Positions 36,931-50,734 of a DNA stretch of 64,000 nt are shown in pieces (the stretch's first letter is position 1; the number at the start of each line of letters is the position of its first letter). Under the pieces are notes generated by a model. It ran no database searches and was not told the origin of the DNA. It saw only the letters and a program-made list of their open reading frames with translations. The DNA comes from Octopus sinensis. Its lineage: Eukaryota. Made by a program: the position numbers and the translations under genes. The stretch spans positions 45,198,001 through 45,262,000 of the forward strand of contig NC_043009.1 of the NCBI RefSeq assembly GCF_006345805.1, written 5' to 3'.

Positions 36931-38159
36931 AGTGCTAACTTAATTGGATTATTTATTAAATAGGCCTTTGTTAAAGGCATGTGCCTATGTGCGTGCTTTG
37001 TGTGTGTGTGCTCACACGTGCATATTTGTATATATACTTCATATATGTCTCTGTGTGTTTGTGTATGCATACATTCTGCATGTAAAATGAGTGCATTTTC
37101 TAAAACACCCACTCCTTCCTTAGTGGCGATGATAAGCATTGCTTTCCTAATTGACCTCCCATATTTCAGATACCTTCAAATCATAGTCTTGGTTTCTGCT
37201 GGGCGTACTTTCAACAAACAAGTTCATCATATAGCATCTGCTTAGAGATCTTCCGATCATTCAGCCGAACAAGGCATAGGTCTATCGGGGGCTAGAAGAC
37301 ACTTGCCTAAGGGGCTGCCCAGTGAGATGGAAACCGAAACCATATATTTGCAAAGTAAGCTTCTTAACCACCCAGGCCTGGCTCTGTGGTTGAAAATCTA
37401 CATCAATGTTATGGCAAGCTGAATTCTAATATATGGTTTATTTAAAGGAAACCATTATTCACACATTTGATTTCGGAACATTTGAATTCTCTGTTGGGAA
37501 AACGATAATTAGTTTATCGTAATTCCCATGTTTGCTACTCAGTATAATGGAACATTTCACGTTTCGAATAAATAAACCACAACATATACAGTTTTAATAT
37601 TGTGATTATAATCTCCAAGTTGTTGTTCGGTTCGATGTGATTTCACTGATATTCATTTATCGAAGTAATAAAATCCAAATCGAAATCAATTGAAGTTTAA
37701 CGGAGGCTAAGAACACTTTAGGTTTAGTGCTCTTGCACTAATAGCCTAGGAAATCAACGTGGTTTATTATTTTTAACGTTAGAGTGAACTAATGTCTTTT
37801 GATGCGGGGTGGGGCAGAAATACAATTTGCATGTATTTAGATTTTAGTTATTTATTTTATAGAACAATTAGTGAGCAATTAGCTTTATTGGTTAAAGGTT
37901 TTGAACGGAATACTCACCGATTCACTGAATATCTGGTTTAATATTTTTAGCGATAGAGCAAAGGAATGCCATTTTTTGCAGGGGAAGACATTTTGCGGGG
38001 AAGATATTAAGCAATATGCTTGTATTTAAATTTAGTTATTTATTTTGTATAACAGTTAGTAAACAATTAGCTTGGTTATCAACGGACGAATTACTAATTT
38101 ACTCTTTCGCTGACAGCAAGATTAATAAGGATGAATAAATCTAATAATTTATATGAAAC

Positions 38160-38974
38160 ATGTTCTACTTGGTTAAGAAAGGTCAAAATCTTAAATTAAA
38201 ACTCTTGCAATTTATCTTCAACTTTTTGATGCGACTCTACTCTGTACTGTTTTCTTCTCCTTCATCCTTCTCTAATTATCTTTTTCTCTCCTCTCTCTTT
38301 CACCGTTTTCTCTCTCTCTCCTTCTTTTCCTTTTTCTCTCTCTCGTTTCTCACACGTGACCATCGTCCGTCTTTCTTTTGGTGCACGGACGTTCAAAGGA
38401 CTGGACGTTTTTTTCTCTCTCGTCTATCTTTTCTCTTTTCAAAGAAAATATTTGAAGGCTCATATTGTCGTTGAATGCTCAATTTGAGGGGTAGATAGAC
38501 AGCCGATAACTGATGAAGGGTGGTTTCTCTGTGTTCACTTGTCCTGTTTTCCATTTTTGTCTGTCGTTGTTTACGTATTTAACTCGTTTGTTTACGTACT
38601 TCATGTTGTTAGCACTATTGGTGACGTTCTGTACCTATATATGCTATTATACCCTCGTTCTGGTCTAACGACCCCCATGTTTGTTTTTGTTCGGTTTCCT
38701 TCTATATCTCCACTGTCCTGTTTTTGTTCCCAATTTTGACCCTCCATAGATCCAAAATTTTATTTTAGTATTTATGGCAGCAACTGTCTTCGAAGACTAA
38801 TATTGTCGTTCAATGCACGAAATGAGGAGTAGATAGACAGCCGAAAACTGGTGAAAAGTCGTCCTTTTTGTTATTTGTCCTGTTTTCCATTCGGTTCTAT
38901 CGTTGTTTGCGTATTTGCCTAATTTTTTTCGTATTTCATGCTGTTTACTGTTGGTGACGGCCTGTACCAATGAA

Positions 38975-38975
<1 letters not shown>
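38160..38975 (+). mobile_element. Pyrimidine-rich interspersed-repeat relic with a tandemly duplicated ~340-bp unit (pLTR-like)
   Basis: ATATTGTCGTT.AATGC...GTAGATAGACAGCCGA.AACTG.TGAA...TTGTCCTGTTTTCCATT occurs at ~38462 and ~38800; ends at (TA)n. Confidence 0.55.
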
Positions 38976-39010
<35 letters not shown>

Positions 39011-39011
<1 letters not shown>

Positions 39012-39429
39012 TCTTTTACTTGTTTCAGCCATTTGACTGCGGCCATGCTGGAGCACCGCCTTTAATCGGGCAACTCGACCCCGGGACTTATTCTTTTGTA
39101 AGCCCAGTACTTATTCTATCGGTCTCTTTTGCCGAACCTCTAAGTAACGGGGACATAAACACACCAGCATCGGTTGTCAAGCGGGAAACAAACACAGACT
39201 CACAAACACACACACACACACATACACACACATATACACACACATATACATATATATATACATATATACGACGAGCTTCTTTTAGTTTCCGTCTACCAAA
39301 TCCACTCACAAGGCTTTGGTCGGCCTGAGGCTATAGTAGAAGACACTTGCCCAAGGTGCCACGCAGTGGGACTGAACCCGGAACCATGTGGTTGGTAGAC
39401 AAGCTACTTACCACACAGCCACTCCTGCG

Positions 39430-39433
<4 letters not shown>
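39011..39433 (-). mobile_element. Full-length CORE-type SINE (head A + tail 1)
   Basis: Near consensus; embedded in (TA)n on both sides. Confidence 0.92.
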
Positions 39434-39477
<44 letters not shown>

Positions 39478-40462
39478 AATAACTTATGTATGGATTTAAA
39501 CATTGTGATACTGCAAAATATCTTCAGATAGAAGCGATCAAATTTATTCTATCATCTGTTTTTGTATCGTCCATGTAATATTCAGTACACTTAACCGTAC
39601 ACTTATCTTAATTGACAATATATGAAGCTACCGACATATATTCTAACATAAATCTTGATATACCATTCAAATATAGCATCGAATGCATTTAACTTATTAG
39701 TGAAGCATTTCTACAAGAAACAAGCACTTCGAATGTTAATACATTTACATTTATTTTCCAAAGTATCCTTATGTTTTATTGTTGGTAGTTCTGTTTACTC
39801 TGGTACGTTTGCTTTTGTTTGCAAAAAATATGAAAAACCATGCTGCCATAATTAGATATATATGATTATAAAACTGCTCTTCTTTTACCGATGACTGCCA
39901 GAAATAACACAACCAATACGTAATGATTTTCCAAAAGAGGTTGAATATTGAATTCAGTTTTGCTATATATACACGGCTATTTCGTATTAACATTTAAATG
40001 TTAACTTCGTTTTAGTTCTTGATATATTAATATAGAGCCAGTTAAGACATACAAAGTTAAACATCTAAACACACTCCGCACAACATCTTGTTAACATAAA
40101 CACATGAACAATTGGAGGCATCTTTGATTTCCTGTTCACCATCTAGAACATGGAGTATAAAGACCTTCCAAGAGATCATATAGTTTCTTACACGTTTGGA
40201 ATCAATATTATTCAAATTTACAACAACATCCGTACTACAGTTGTCAGTGAAATGCGGATATGTGAATCATACCTGTATTTCTCTGGTTTAAGCGATTTCG
40301 AACATACAAGAAAGATGGTTTGTATTATCTAATTACCTTTTTCATCTGAGTTAGAAGTCAAGCTAATGCATGACAGATAGAGCTTTGAGAGATTTCCTTA
40401 TTTCAAGTATCAAGTTGAAAGAGCTACATTACTGATAAGTAAAGGAATAGATAGATAGACAG

Positions 40463-40503
<41 letters not shown>

Positions 40504-40857
40504 AACAGGGGGTTGAGAAAAATGGAGAGAATTATAGATTGATAGAGAGGGAGAAACAGGAGGAGAGCGAGAAGGAGGGACGAGAAAGAGAGCACATTAC
40601 GTCTTAATATCGCCCTATTTGAGTCACAGAAGTTAAGATCATATATATAGTTCTATAATATTCATGTGTGTATAGATAATTTTCAATTAATCATCTGATA
40701 ATGTTGATTTAATCATAAATATACGATAAAAATAATCATACTCCTGAATAAACGAATTCTCTGATTCTGTTTTAGTGGTATGTGGTGTTCTTGTTTACGG
40801 TTAAAATCTGGTAAGTTGTTTTTTGATACCTTGGTCATTAGATATGTTTTGTGTGTG

Positions 40858-40888
<31 letters not shown>

Positions 40889-40914
40889 GCACATATATAT
40901 ATATATATATATAT

Positions 40915-40953
<39 letters not shown>

Positions 40954-40969
40954 ACGATACAAATAAATT

Positions 40970-41299
40970 GATATTTTCCGAACGCCGAGTTTCCGTTATC
41001 ACAGCAGAAATACTGGGTAAATTACGCTTACAAGGTGGAAAAATTTGTCAACAACCTGCCATAGGACTCGAACCCTTATCCCTTATAGACTCCGACTGAG
41101 TGCTTTACCCTTAAGTTAAACTGCCCACTGACACATTCCACCGTCGAATTGGACGCTAAATACTTTAGCTTTAAACAGCAACCATGTGTGTATAAATGTA
41201 AACAAACATGGCTGCTCGTTGATAATTTTTCCACCTTGTAAGAATAATTTATTCAGTATTTCTGCTGTTGTAACGGCAAATCTGCGTTAAAAAAATATC
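40970..41299. mobile_element. Element with ~80-bp inverted arms enclosing a tRNA-like Pol III head
   Basis: 40970-41051 mirrors 41218-41299; a minus-strand B-box GGTTCGAGTCC (41064-74) and an A-box-like segment (to 41126) lie inside. Confidence 0.7.
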
Positions 41300-41379
41300 A
41301 TCTTCTTTGTATCGTACAATACACGTTTTATCGCTTCTTATAAAAAAATCAAATAAAACCCCCCTAAAAACCTACGGCA

Positions 41380-41605
41380 GAGATAAACTGCTGAATCGGG
41401 TCTGCGACTTCTGCGATCGCATTCCTTCGATGGTGTGTCGAGAAGAAACCCAGCATCTTAAGGACCAAGATCCGTCTTTTCCAACTGCTGGGTCTGTTCG
41501 TCCTACTCTGCAGCACTGTGAGCTGGGCCATCCTCAAACAAGACCTGAATAAGCTTGAGGTCTTCCAAATGCGGTGTCTTCGTTAGATACTCGGTGTTTC
41601 TCAAC
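41380..41605 (+). pseudogene. Non-LTR RT C-terminal fragment (RTE-like)
   Basis: LRTKIRLFQLLGLFVLLCSTVSWAILKQDLNKLEVFQMRCLR*ILGVS (cf. TKIR+++A+V.SVLLYGSETW...+LE.FQMRCLR.ILG). Confidence 0.75.
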
Positions 41606-42060
41606 ACGAGTGAATCTCAAACCAAAGCTGTTCTGGCCATGACCACTCTGTCTTTCTATCGATACAGAATATCCAATCTCATTTTATTCGATATTTCCTT
41701 GCGTTTAAAGCTGGTAAGTTGTGATTTGAGGGTTACATTGTTAGCTCGTGCTTTTGTTACTGGTCTGAGTAAACGGAGGTTCAATGATTTGGTATATTAC
41801 TTTTAAAAATAATATTGATTTATACATGACTGTCTCTCTGATCATCATTGATTGTAAGGAATCTCAGTTTCAAGATTTGATATATAAATATTTATTTATA
41901 TATCCAGTATCTTCAGACATCATCTGTCGCTAAAAGTCTGTCCAAATACTTTGCTCTACTGATTAGGAAATTTCAGGTTTGCTCTGATAAAGCAGAGACC
42001 AAATGTTGTTTCAGGGACACCGCACCTACAATTACATTATTCATTATATTCTGCTTTTTA

Positions 42061-42430
42061 AGCGCAAGCATGGCTGTGTAATTCGAAACTACATGGATTC
42101 GGGTTCTTCTTCCACTGCACAGCATATGTTTCAAGTGACTTCTATTATAACTTAGACCCGACCAATATTCATGTGAGTGAATTTGCTAGGCAGAAACTGT
42201 GAAGAAACATGTTATATGCATATGTGTGTGTACACCTTGTTTTTGTATGTCTTTCAACTTCTTGACAACCGGTGTTGTTAGTTTACGTTGTCGTAAAGTA
42301 GGTTTTCCATTAAACAGAAACTTAGATAATAAGTTAAACATGATCTAGGGTCAATTTCTTTTTTCGTTTTCATGGCGGTGCTCCAGGATAGTCACAGTCG
42401 AGTAAATGAAACAAGTGAAAGAATAAAAGC
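42061..42430 (+). mobile_element. Highly diverged CORE-type SINE
   Basis: Residual head, CTTGACAACCGG linker and GGCGGTGCTCCAG...GAAACAAGTGAAAGAATAAAAG end. Confidence 0.7.
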
Positions 42431-43300
42431 ATGGTAGGGTGTTGTTTGAGGGAGGATTGGCTGATGTTTCTTCTACGCTGATGATGACGGAAACGCTTCT
42501 TCTCACGCACCGTTTTTAATTAATGACCCAACGAAAAGTTATATAAGCTCAACCTCTCATAACTAACAACTTTGAGCCATAACGGTGTTCAAAGAACCGC
42601 TTCCTCTCCGATCAAAAGGTCCAGTCGCTCGATGAAAAATATATTCACATAGAGACCAAAACTGTTTTCGCTATTTAATAGTTTTCGTTTGATTTTAGTT
42701 TGCTCTATTCTTGAATTAAATGAATAATTATTAATTTTTGTTTTAAAATTCAAATCAAGTTAGTATTGAAGCATTTTATGTTTTCCACAAACCGATCACT
42801 TATATCTTTCTGAAAAACCAGGTCAGTCTTCATTGGAAATATCAAAGTCAATAGATTCACATCAGCGTCTAACAGAAACTATGCTTCTTTTTTTCCCTTC
42901 TTTTGATCTAACTAGAATTCTAATTCTTCCTTTCGTCCCTGCAATTCTACTTAATAATTTTAAAAATAAATGCCACTTCTTTCATCTTTTGTCTTTCTAT
43001 AGATCGACGTGCAAGATTTTTTTGCGTCTAATCAAAATGAAATTATCTTGCCAATACAGTAGAGATAACTTTTAATAAATATTTGAAACTTTCTATTCTA
43101 AATTAAGATACAGATGTTAGAACATTAACATAATTGCACTGTAAAAAGTACATTAGCAATTCGAATGCATATGCATACACATGCATGAATATATCATCAC
43201 ATACAGGCACACCAATCAGCATAATTTACATAACATTATTTGCATTTTCCATAAATTACATTGACTGCTGTTATTTTTGTTGCTGTTATTATTATTATTA

Positions 43301-43337
<37 letters not shown>

Positions 43338-43370
43338 GCTGTGGTTGTTGTAATTGCTGATATTAAGACA

Positions 43371-43575
43371 GCGAGGTAGCAGAATCGTTAGCACGTCGGG
43401 CAAAATGCTCAGCGACATTTCGTCTATCTTTACGTTCTGAGTTCAAATTCCGCAGGGATCGACTCTGCCTTTCATCCTTTCGGGGTCGATAAAATGAGTA
43501 CCAGTCGAGCACTGGGGTCGAAATAATCGACTAGTCCCTCCAACGCAATATCAGGTCTTGGGCCTGTAGTGGGAA
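43371..43575 (+). mobile_element. SINE head D family
   Basis: GCGAGGTAGCAGAATCGTTAGCACG...GCCTTTCATCCTTTCGGGGTCGATAAAATGAGTACCAG. Confidence 0.88.
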
Positions 43576-43960
43576 GAATTATTATTGAGTTGTCTTATTT
43601 TTACCACGTGCTTTTACTGCAATACCGGGCGCAGCTCTGTGTGCCTTGGGTATGTGCTGTGGTTTGTTTTAAAATTGTTATTTTCATTGAAAATGCTTTA
43701 CGTACTATATGTGTGGTGCCTTATACTACTATTTTAATATGCTATATATAGTTTTTTAAGTCTTGGTGTTTTGGTTATGTGTTTGTCTATACGTTTTTAA
43801 TCATACCTAATGCAACTATTATTATAGGGATTGTTTCTGTTTTTAGGCTTCACATTCGGCTTCACATTTGCAGATCTTTGTATTTTGATAGTTTCTCCAT
43901 TTCTTTTAAAGAAACATTGTCATCTGTTGGTATTGATACATCGATTAGAAGGTATTATTC
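43576..43960 (-). mobile_element. R4/Dong-clade LINE 3' end (restriction-like endonuclease C-terminus + 3' UTR + TAA tail)
   Basis: LIDVSIPTDDNVSLKEMEKLSKYKDL...LKTETIPIIIVALGMIK...GTTHIVRKAFS, then a short 3' UTR ending in AATAATAA. Confidence 0.85.
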
Positions 43961-44067
43961 TTCTTCTTGTTCTTCTTGTTCTTGTTCTTGTTCTTGTTCA
44001 TGTTCTTGCTGTTGTTTTTGTTATTGTTGTTGTTGTTGTTGTTGTTGTTGTTCTTCTTCTTCTTCTT

Positions 44068-44098
<31 letters not shown>

Positions 44099-44117
44099 TT
44101 ATTATTATTATTATTAA
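43958..44117. repeat. (CTTGTT)n/(GTT)n/(CTT)n/(ATT)n compound microsatellite
   Basis: Direct reading. Confidence 0.95.
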
Positions 44118-44530
44118 TATGCTAACTTTTGCTTTTTTACTACAGACCTGTGGTATGTGTCACACTTACTTCAAAGGAAGAGATAAAAAGATTGAAGGGA
44201 GAGGTACAAAGAAAATGAGAGATACAAAGTGTTAAACAGAGGAGGTATAGTTGAAGCGAGAGAGAGGAAATGAGAGAGCCAATGAGTGGTGACTGAAATG
44301 AAAGTGGCGTTCCTTTGTTTTAAATGTTTATCAGTATTTCCAGAGTATACTAATGCATACAACGAAAGAAAAGTAGATACCTACCTATCTACCTACCTAC
44401 CTACCTACCTACCTACCTACCTACCTACATACATACATACATACATACATACATACACATACATACATACATATAAATACACATTGTTAAATTAAAAGCA
44501 GGAGAGAGGAGAGACAGATAGGAAGTGATA

Positions 44531-44578
<48 letters not shown>

Positions 44579-44781
44579 GAGAGACAGCGAGTGTTGACTA
44601 AAAGGAAGGTGGCGTTCCTTATTTTGATTTTAAATGTTTATCAGTGTTTTCAGAATAGACAGATACACATATCGAAAGTAATGTAGATACATAGGCACAC
44701 AGACACATTATTATAACAAAGAAAAATAACTAGAGCAAATATTGGATGTCACTTCCACTTTTCATTACCGCACAAGGATAA

Positions 44782-45040
44782 AATTAACTCGCAAGTGGCT
44801 GAGTACTCCACAGACATGCCTGCCATTAACGTAGTTCTCAGGGAGATTCAGGTTCACACAGAATGTGACAAAGCTGGCCCCTTTGAAATACGGGCACTAC
44901 GCATCTTTGTCTGCTGAGTGCACTGCAGCAAGGTGAAGTAGAGTGCCTTGCTCAAGAACACAGCGCACCACCGGAAATCGTACTCATGATCTTACGATCG
45001 TGAGCTGATGCCCCTAACCACTGAGTGACGCACCTTCACA
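44782..45040 (-). mobile_element. tRNA-derived SINE (head C + CORE + tail 4)
   Basis: Reverse complement: TGTGAAGGTGCGTCACTCAGTGGTTAGGG...TTCTTGAGCAAGGCACT...CTGAATCTCCCTGAGAACTACGTTAA...GTACTCAGCCACTTGC. Confidence 0.8.
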
Positions 45041-45583
45041 ATCTTAATCGTAGAGAAAAGGAGTGAAGCGATAGAGGCAGGAAAAGGAAAGCCTCAGTCA
45101 TTTAAAAGGACAATTAGACTGAAATACGACCGATCTTTTCTAGATTCTTTACATTTAAGAATGAAGAAGAGTGAAAGTATTTCAGGTGTTTAGGTTTTCA
45201 TTTTGGGAATTCTAGAAGGTTCAAGTGTTAGTTCTCTCTTCTTATTCCAACCCCATTGTTTGATAATTCCTCATGTCTTTTAGTCGGGAGGAAAGACCAT
45301 GATTTTTTTCAGGCACGTTTAACGTTTTCTATACAAACTACAAAGAAGCCGCCTTCCCCTTTTTCATACAAAAACTAATGCAAATTATGAAAGGGGTATA
45401 GTTGTAAAAAGAACTTAGAAAAATGGGTAATACTCCCTACAAAATGGGTGGGGGATAAAAGTCAGCAACAGGTGGCTATACACGAAATTCAGCCCTATGT
45501 CTTATAGAGTGTCTTGTACTATAGCCTCCAGCCGACCAATGCCTTGTGAATGGATTTGGTAGAGAAGGTGAAAGAAGCCCGTC

Positions 45584-45655
<72 letters not shown>

Positions 45656-46160
45656 CATATCAAAGGGAAATGGAAATTAATTAAAATTTACATTTCCAGT
45701 GGTCTAACGTGTAAAAATTTAGTCCAAAAGACTATGTATTAGTCATAAGATACAGTGTACATTTAAACACATGAGGAATCCACTCATAGGATTCAACACG
45801 CTAGAAAGAACAGCTAGGTTCTATAACCACAAAATTAGGGATAAAATTCGACAGGAACGAAATGAAAAATAAAAACATTTTACCATCTAGTTTCCTGGAC
45901 CAATTGGTTTCTGATTTTAGTTTAGCGAGTAAATGAATAACATATACACTCGCCAGGTGCAATCGTCTTCAGCAGGAACACGTAGGGTTAAACGTATACA
46001 CACGAGGCGATCAAACTACGTGGCCCATGTTTACACATTCTAACTTTTTCAACATCTACTGCGCAGCCGCAGTCCTTCGCCAGCAATAAAAAAATGCCAA
46101 CTTTTAAAAACCGAAAATTATCCAAAAACTTACAATATTTAATCATATCAAAGAGGAATG

Positions 46161-46345
46161 CCAGAATTGATAGCGTTTCTTCACGGTCTTTACGTTTTGA
46201 GTTCAAATTCCATCGCGTCCAACTTTGCCTTTCCTCCTTTTGGAGTCGATAAGATACAGTAACAATCAAGTTCTGGGTTGGATATAATCAATTAATCCCT
46301 TCTTAAATTTCAAGCTTTGTGCCTATATCAGAAAGCGTTATTATT
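46161..46345 (+). mobile_element. Diverged SINE head D family
   Basis: TACGTTTTGAGTTCAAATTCC...GCCTTTCCTCCTTTTGGAGTCGATAA. Confidence 0.7.
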
Positions 46346-48764
46346 ATTTGTCTTGATTTTACTTTAATTTGCACTAATTGCACCCAAGTCTCAATCAGAG
46401 ACGTGAAGGGACTCAAGGCACCCCAAGTCTCAAAGTCTGCTCGGACAGGGTAGACTTAGAGCTAAACAACAACACTATTTGCATCAGTAGCAGCAGCTGC
46501 AAAAACAACTTGCCACAAAAATGCATTGAGTCGAAGCATAATATGAAGATAAGGCAACGGAAAAATTTCCAGTTGAAAAACTGGAGGTCACGTTGTTAAA
46601 CATGAAGATGGCGAGCTTGATGTAAGGTCGAATTTTTGAAACCATTATTGTTATATATCTAAACATTCCATGACAAATTCCCATCACCCTATACATAAAC
46701 TTAATTTAATATTTATTAGTAATGGAATAATAAACTAATTTCTCTTCTAATATTGATCTTCGATTTTTCCCGATAAGATAACTCAATCATTCCTTTCATT
46801 TAAATGCGGATTCTACATAAATTAAAAAATATTAAGGAAAATCTCCATATATCTAAATATAACATCTCGTTTGCAGGAATGGCTTTATTAGAAGTCATTA
46901 ATAAATTGCTTTTTATTTAATATTAGAAATTTATTTGTAGTTTTAAAATCAATTGGTGTTTCATGAGTTTTTCTCCATGGCTATTAAGTAAATGAAGCAT
47001 AAAGACAGATATTAATTAAGCATGTATAAAATAGTGGCGATATTTTACTATCACTTAGCAATTAGTCGGATTGCAGAAGGCTGAATTTAATGCTGATCTA
47101 GAAAGTCAAATTCTGAATTTCGAGATATCGAGATATCATATATTCACTTTACTCTATAAACGGGTTTTAGGTATTAGCTACTGGCCATACTGAGGCAGCA
47201 CTATCAAAGATTTTAGTAAATCACATTGATCCCAACACTTGAGCCTGGCACTTATTTGGCCATTCTCTATTCCTCGAAAAGCTAAGTTATAACAGCTAAA
47301 GCGGCAGAACATAAATAACAGCACCAGATTCAGATTGGTGTAATCATAAACACAGACCTACACGTACACACTCACGCACACACACACACACACACACAAA
47401 CACACACAAACACACACACACACACATGCACGCACACACACAAAATACCACATTGTTCTTTCAACTGATAGTTGTCTCCTTAGAAATTGTGACTTCCATC
47501 CTTAGGACTCCAGCGTTTGATTTAAGCGACATTTAGCTGTTGTTTCTACTAGGTTGAGCAACCCTACACTGGATCGTCACCGAATCGTAAAATGGCGTGA
47601 TTTGCAGGTTAAATCTAGCTAGTAACGATTGTAGGTGAACATGTGTGTGTATAAAGATGTGTTACTGATAGTAAGGAAAGATTCAACGAGAAGTGAGAGC
47701 TTGGCTAATAAAGATGAATATGCAAACATATTAAAGTTATCATAACGATCTTAAATGAGCTACAGCTCGTTCACCCTTAAACTGCATTCATCCGTAGGGT
47801 TTCATATTAAACGTTCGGCAAGTTATCGATTGACCATCAGTTTAGTCCATTTTATAAATTACATCAAATGAGACGTGAAGTATGCAGTAATCAATTCATA
47901 TAAATATGTTTATATGCACATTAGATAGAGTAGGGCTTGCATTTATGGGTGCAAAGATTGATTTGATTTAGATTTAAGAATTTTGCATCGTAACCTTGTA
48001 TTTCTGAGGCCGATTCAAATCCTCGAGGGTCTTGAGAAAGTGTGTTTTTATCGTATATATGTTGAATATAGCCTCGGATTGAACTGTCTTCAGTGGAATT
48101 TGTTAAACGGAAATGTATAAAGACTTATTGTACATGTATGTATGTATGTATGTATGTATGTATGTATGTATGTATGTATGTATGTACGTATGTACGTATG
48201 TATGTATGTATGTATGTATGCATGTATCCCATTATTCAGTTTTATTCCAAGATTTCTTGCCAATAGAGAAAGAGTCGGTTTAAATGCAATTTCAACGTAA
48301 ACGGTATTTTTGAATGTATGTATGTACGCATGTATATGTGCAGATTTGCATGTTTCGTTTTATGTATATATTCTCATATATATACATGTCTAGACATGCT
48401 CATATATACTTAAATGAAAAATTTCTGGTATGCCTTACAGATTTTTACAGTTCTAGTGATGGCTTTGATCTGTAGTCTTCGAACCAGCTTTCTCTTTTTC
48501 TGGTTTTGAGAAGCCTAGTTTCTCAAGATTGGTATTTAGGCCGTGTGTTACATATAACAGTGTCCCAATGATTACAGGTATAAACCCGAACTTGTAATCT
48601 GGATAGAGTAGTTGTAGATTCCTCAATTGTTCAGGATAGGTATATTCTTTTTAGCTGATCTTTATCTCTATGTTAATATCCACTGGGCAGATGTATGTAT
48701 GCATGTATGTAATATATATATATAAACATATACACACACACATATATATATATATTATATATAT

Positions 48765-48810
<46 letters not shown>

Positions 48811-48857
48811 TATACATACATACATATATACGCACGCACACACGCACACACACACAC

Positions 48858-49680
48858 TTGAGGTGCATTCCGGAAGGTTTGAGACATTTTTAGGAGAAGC
48901 AGTTATAACTGGTCTAGATTACGGTAATGTTAGTATATCATTACAATACATCTAATTAGCTGATCCGACACCTTTATTGAAATTCCAGATCGAAGGAGAC
49001 AGCAGTAACAGAACTTGGAAAGCACCCTGCTAAACACTACTTGTTACATTTGACTAGTTTCTAGAATGCAGTCGGGATGCGAAGACAATTTTTGAGCGCA
49101 CTACGCAATATAGTTTTGTGTCAATCTGGGAAAAGATGCTACAGACACTTATAAAACGCTCCAGACGGCTTATGGATTAACTAAGACTAAAGGCCAGGTA
49201 AAGCAAAGCAAGTCTACTGGGAAGCTTATAATGATCCCTTCTTTCGACAGTAAGGGCATAATCTACGTCCCATATGTTCCCTATGGCTAGAAGGTCAACA
49301 GTAAGTACTTTGCGGAGGTTTTGAGGAATTTCAGGAAGAGATTTCGTTGCAAAAGGCCAAAGCACCAGCATCAGTCCAAATTTCCATCCTAGTAACCAAA
49401 TATTTGACTGATGTGGGCATCAAATAAATCCTTCACTCTCCTTACAGCCCAGACTTTGCTTTGTGTGACTTTTGGTTGTTAGCCAAGCTGAAGGCGAAGA
49501 TGAGGGAGGCTGCGACAAGTGTCCTGGACACCTCGCCTTTGGAGAACTTCCACGGAGCCTTCACAAAGTAGCTGGAGCGCTACGACAAGTGACCTTAAGA
49601 GATTCCAACTTTGAAGTAGATTAGGGTTATGCACTTCTTTAAATGAAAAAAGGCACAAAATTTCTGGAATGCATTTTGTA
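48858..49680 (+). mobile_element. Internally deleted mariner (irritans-like) with degenerate TIRs
   Basis: TIR-like GAGGTGCATTCCGGAAGGTTT / AAATTTCTGGAATGCATTTTGTA. Peptides: FCVNLGKDATDTYKTLQTAYG; SKSTGKLIMIPSFDSKGII; LVTKYLTDVGIK; HSPYSPDFALCDFWLLAKLK. The middle of the transposase is missing. Confidence 0.9.
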
Positions 49681-49935
49681 TATGTATGTATGCACATATG
49701 TATGTAAGCATGTATGTATGTATGTATGTACATATGTATGTAAGCATGTATGTATGTATGTATGTATGTATGTATGTATGTATCTATGTATGTATGTATG
49801 TATCTATATACATATATATATATATGTATGTATATCTATCTATCTATATATATATATATATAAATATACATGAATACATACATACATAAAAACATGCATA
49901 TACACACATACGCGCACACGCAAACACACCTGCAT

Positions 49936-49966
<31 letters not shown>

Positions 49967-50734
49967 TATATATATACATACACCATAAGAATTAAAATGA
50001 ATCATGATCTTAACATAATGTTGCAGAGTTAGTGACCCGCAAACTTCTTGCTTATTAAATAAATTAATCAAATTCACTAGATACATGAGACAGATGAATC
50101 GAATATGAGTATCATAATGGCATTAACGTATAAGGTTTTTGAATGTGATTGCTAATGAAGGTTAATAAGCTAGAAACGGTTGACCAAAATATACCTTTCA
50201 CTATATCTTGGTTGGCAGTATCGAGGAACTACAACAGAATAATAATGTCTATTGAATGGTTTCGTGTACTTCAATATATGTTTAAGCTGGTTAAATACAT
50301 TTTTCTATTACATTTACCAAAACTCTCCCTTGTGAGCTAATTGCGAGTATTAGCCTTACTGTTATATATTATTTGGAACTAATGAGATGACAAATCGATT
50401 CTTTAGCATAGCCAAGTATATAAAAGGTTTAATTTTGGTCTCATCGAAGAGATATTATTTTCACAGTGACAATGTGTTATTCTTATCTTACAACACAACG
50501 AGGTTAATACCATCAGCCAATCGCCTTTACATTTTGATTGATTTCGCTAGGCTAAAAGCCAATCTTCGCAACTGAGGGGTTTATTATATTGTGTTAATAA
50601 AAAATTCATTATTGGTATAAATATATGAACAAGTGAGCTTTTACCAATTATTTGATCTACTAGATGCAGCTCTCAGATCATTAAATCACGCAATATCATT
50701 TCTTTTTAAAAATTAAAGTACATTGAATCTAAAT

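Noticed and set aside
38500-38560. CCGATAACTGATGAAGGG hammerhead-like words
   Set aside because: No GAAA box downstream, and the upstream GA(A/T)A is one base from CTGATGA, which fits no hammerhead topology.
45960-45985. CACGTAGGGTTAA piggyBac-like right end
   Set aside because: No matching TTAACCC left end found nearby.
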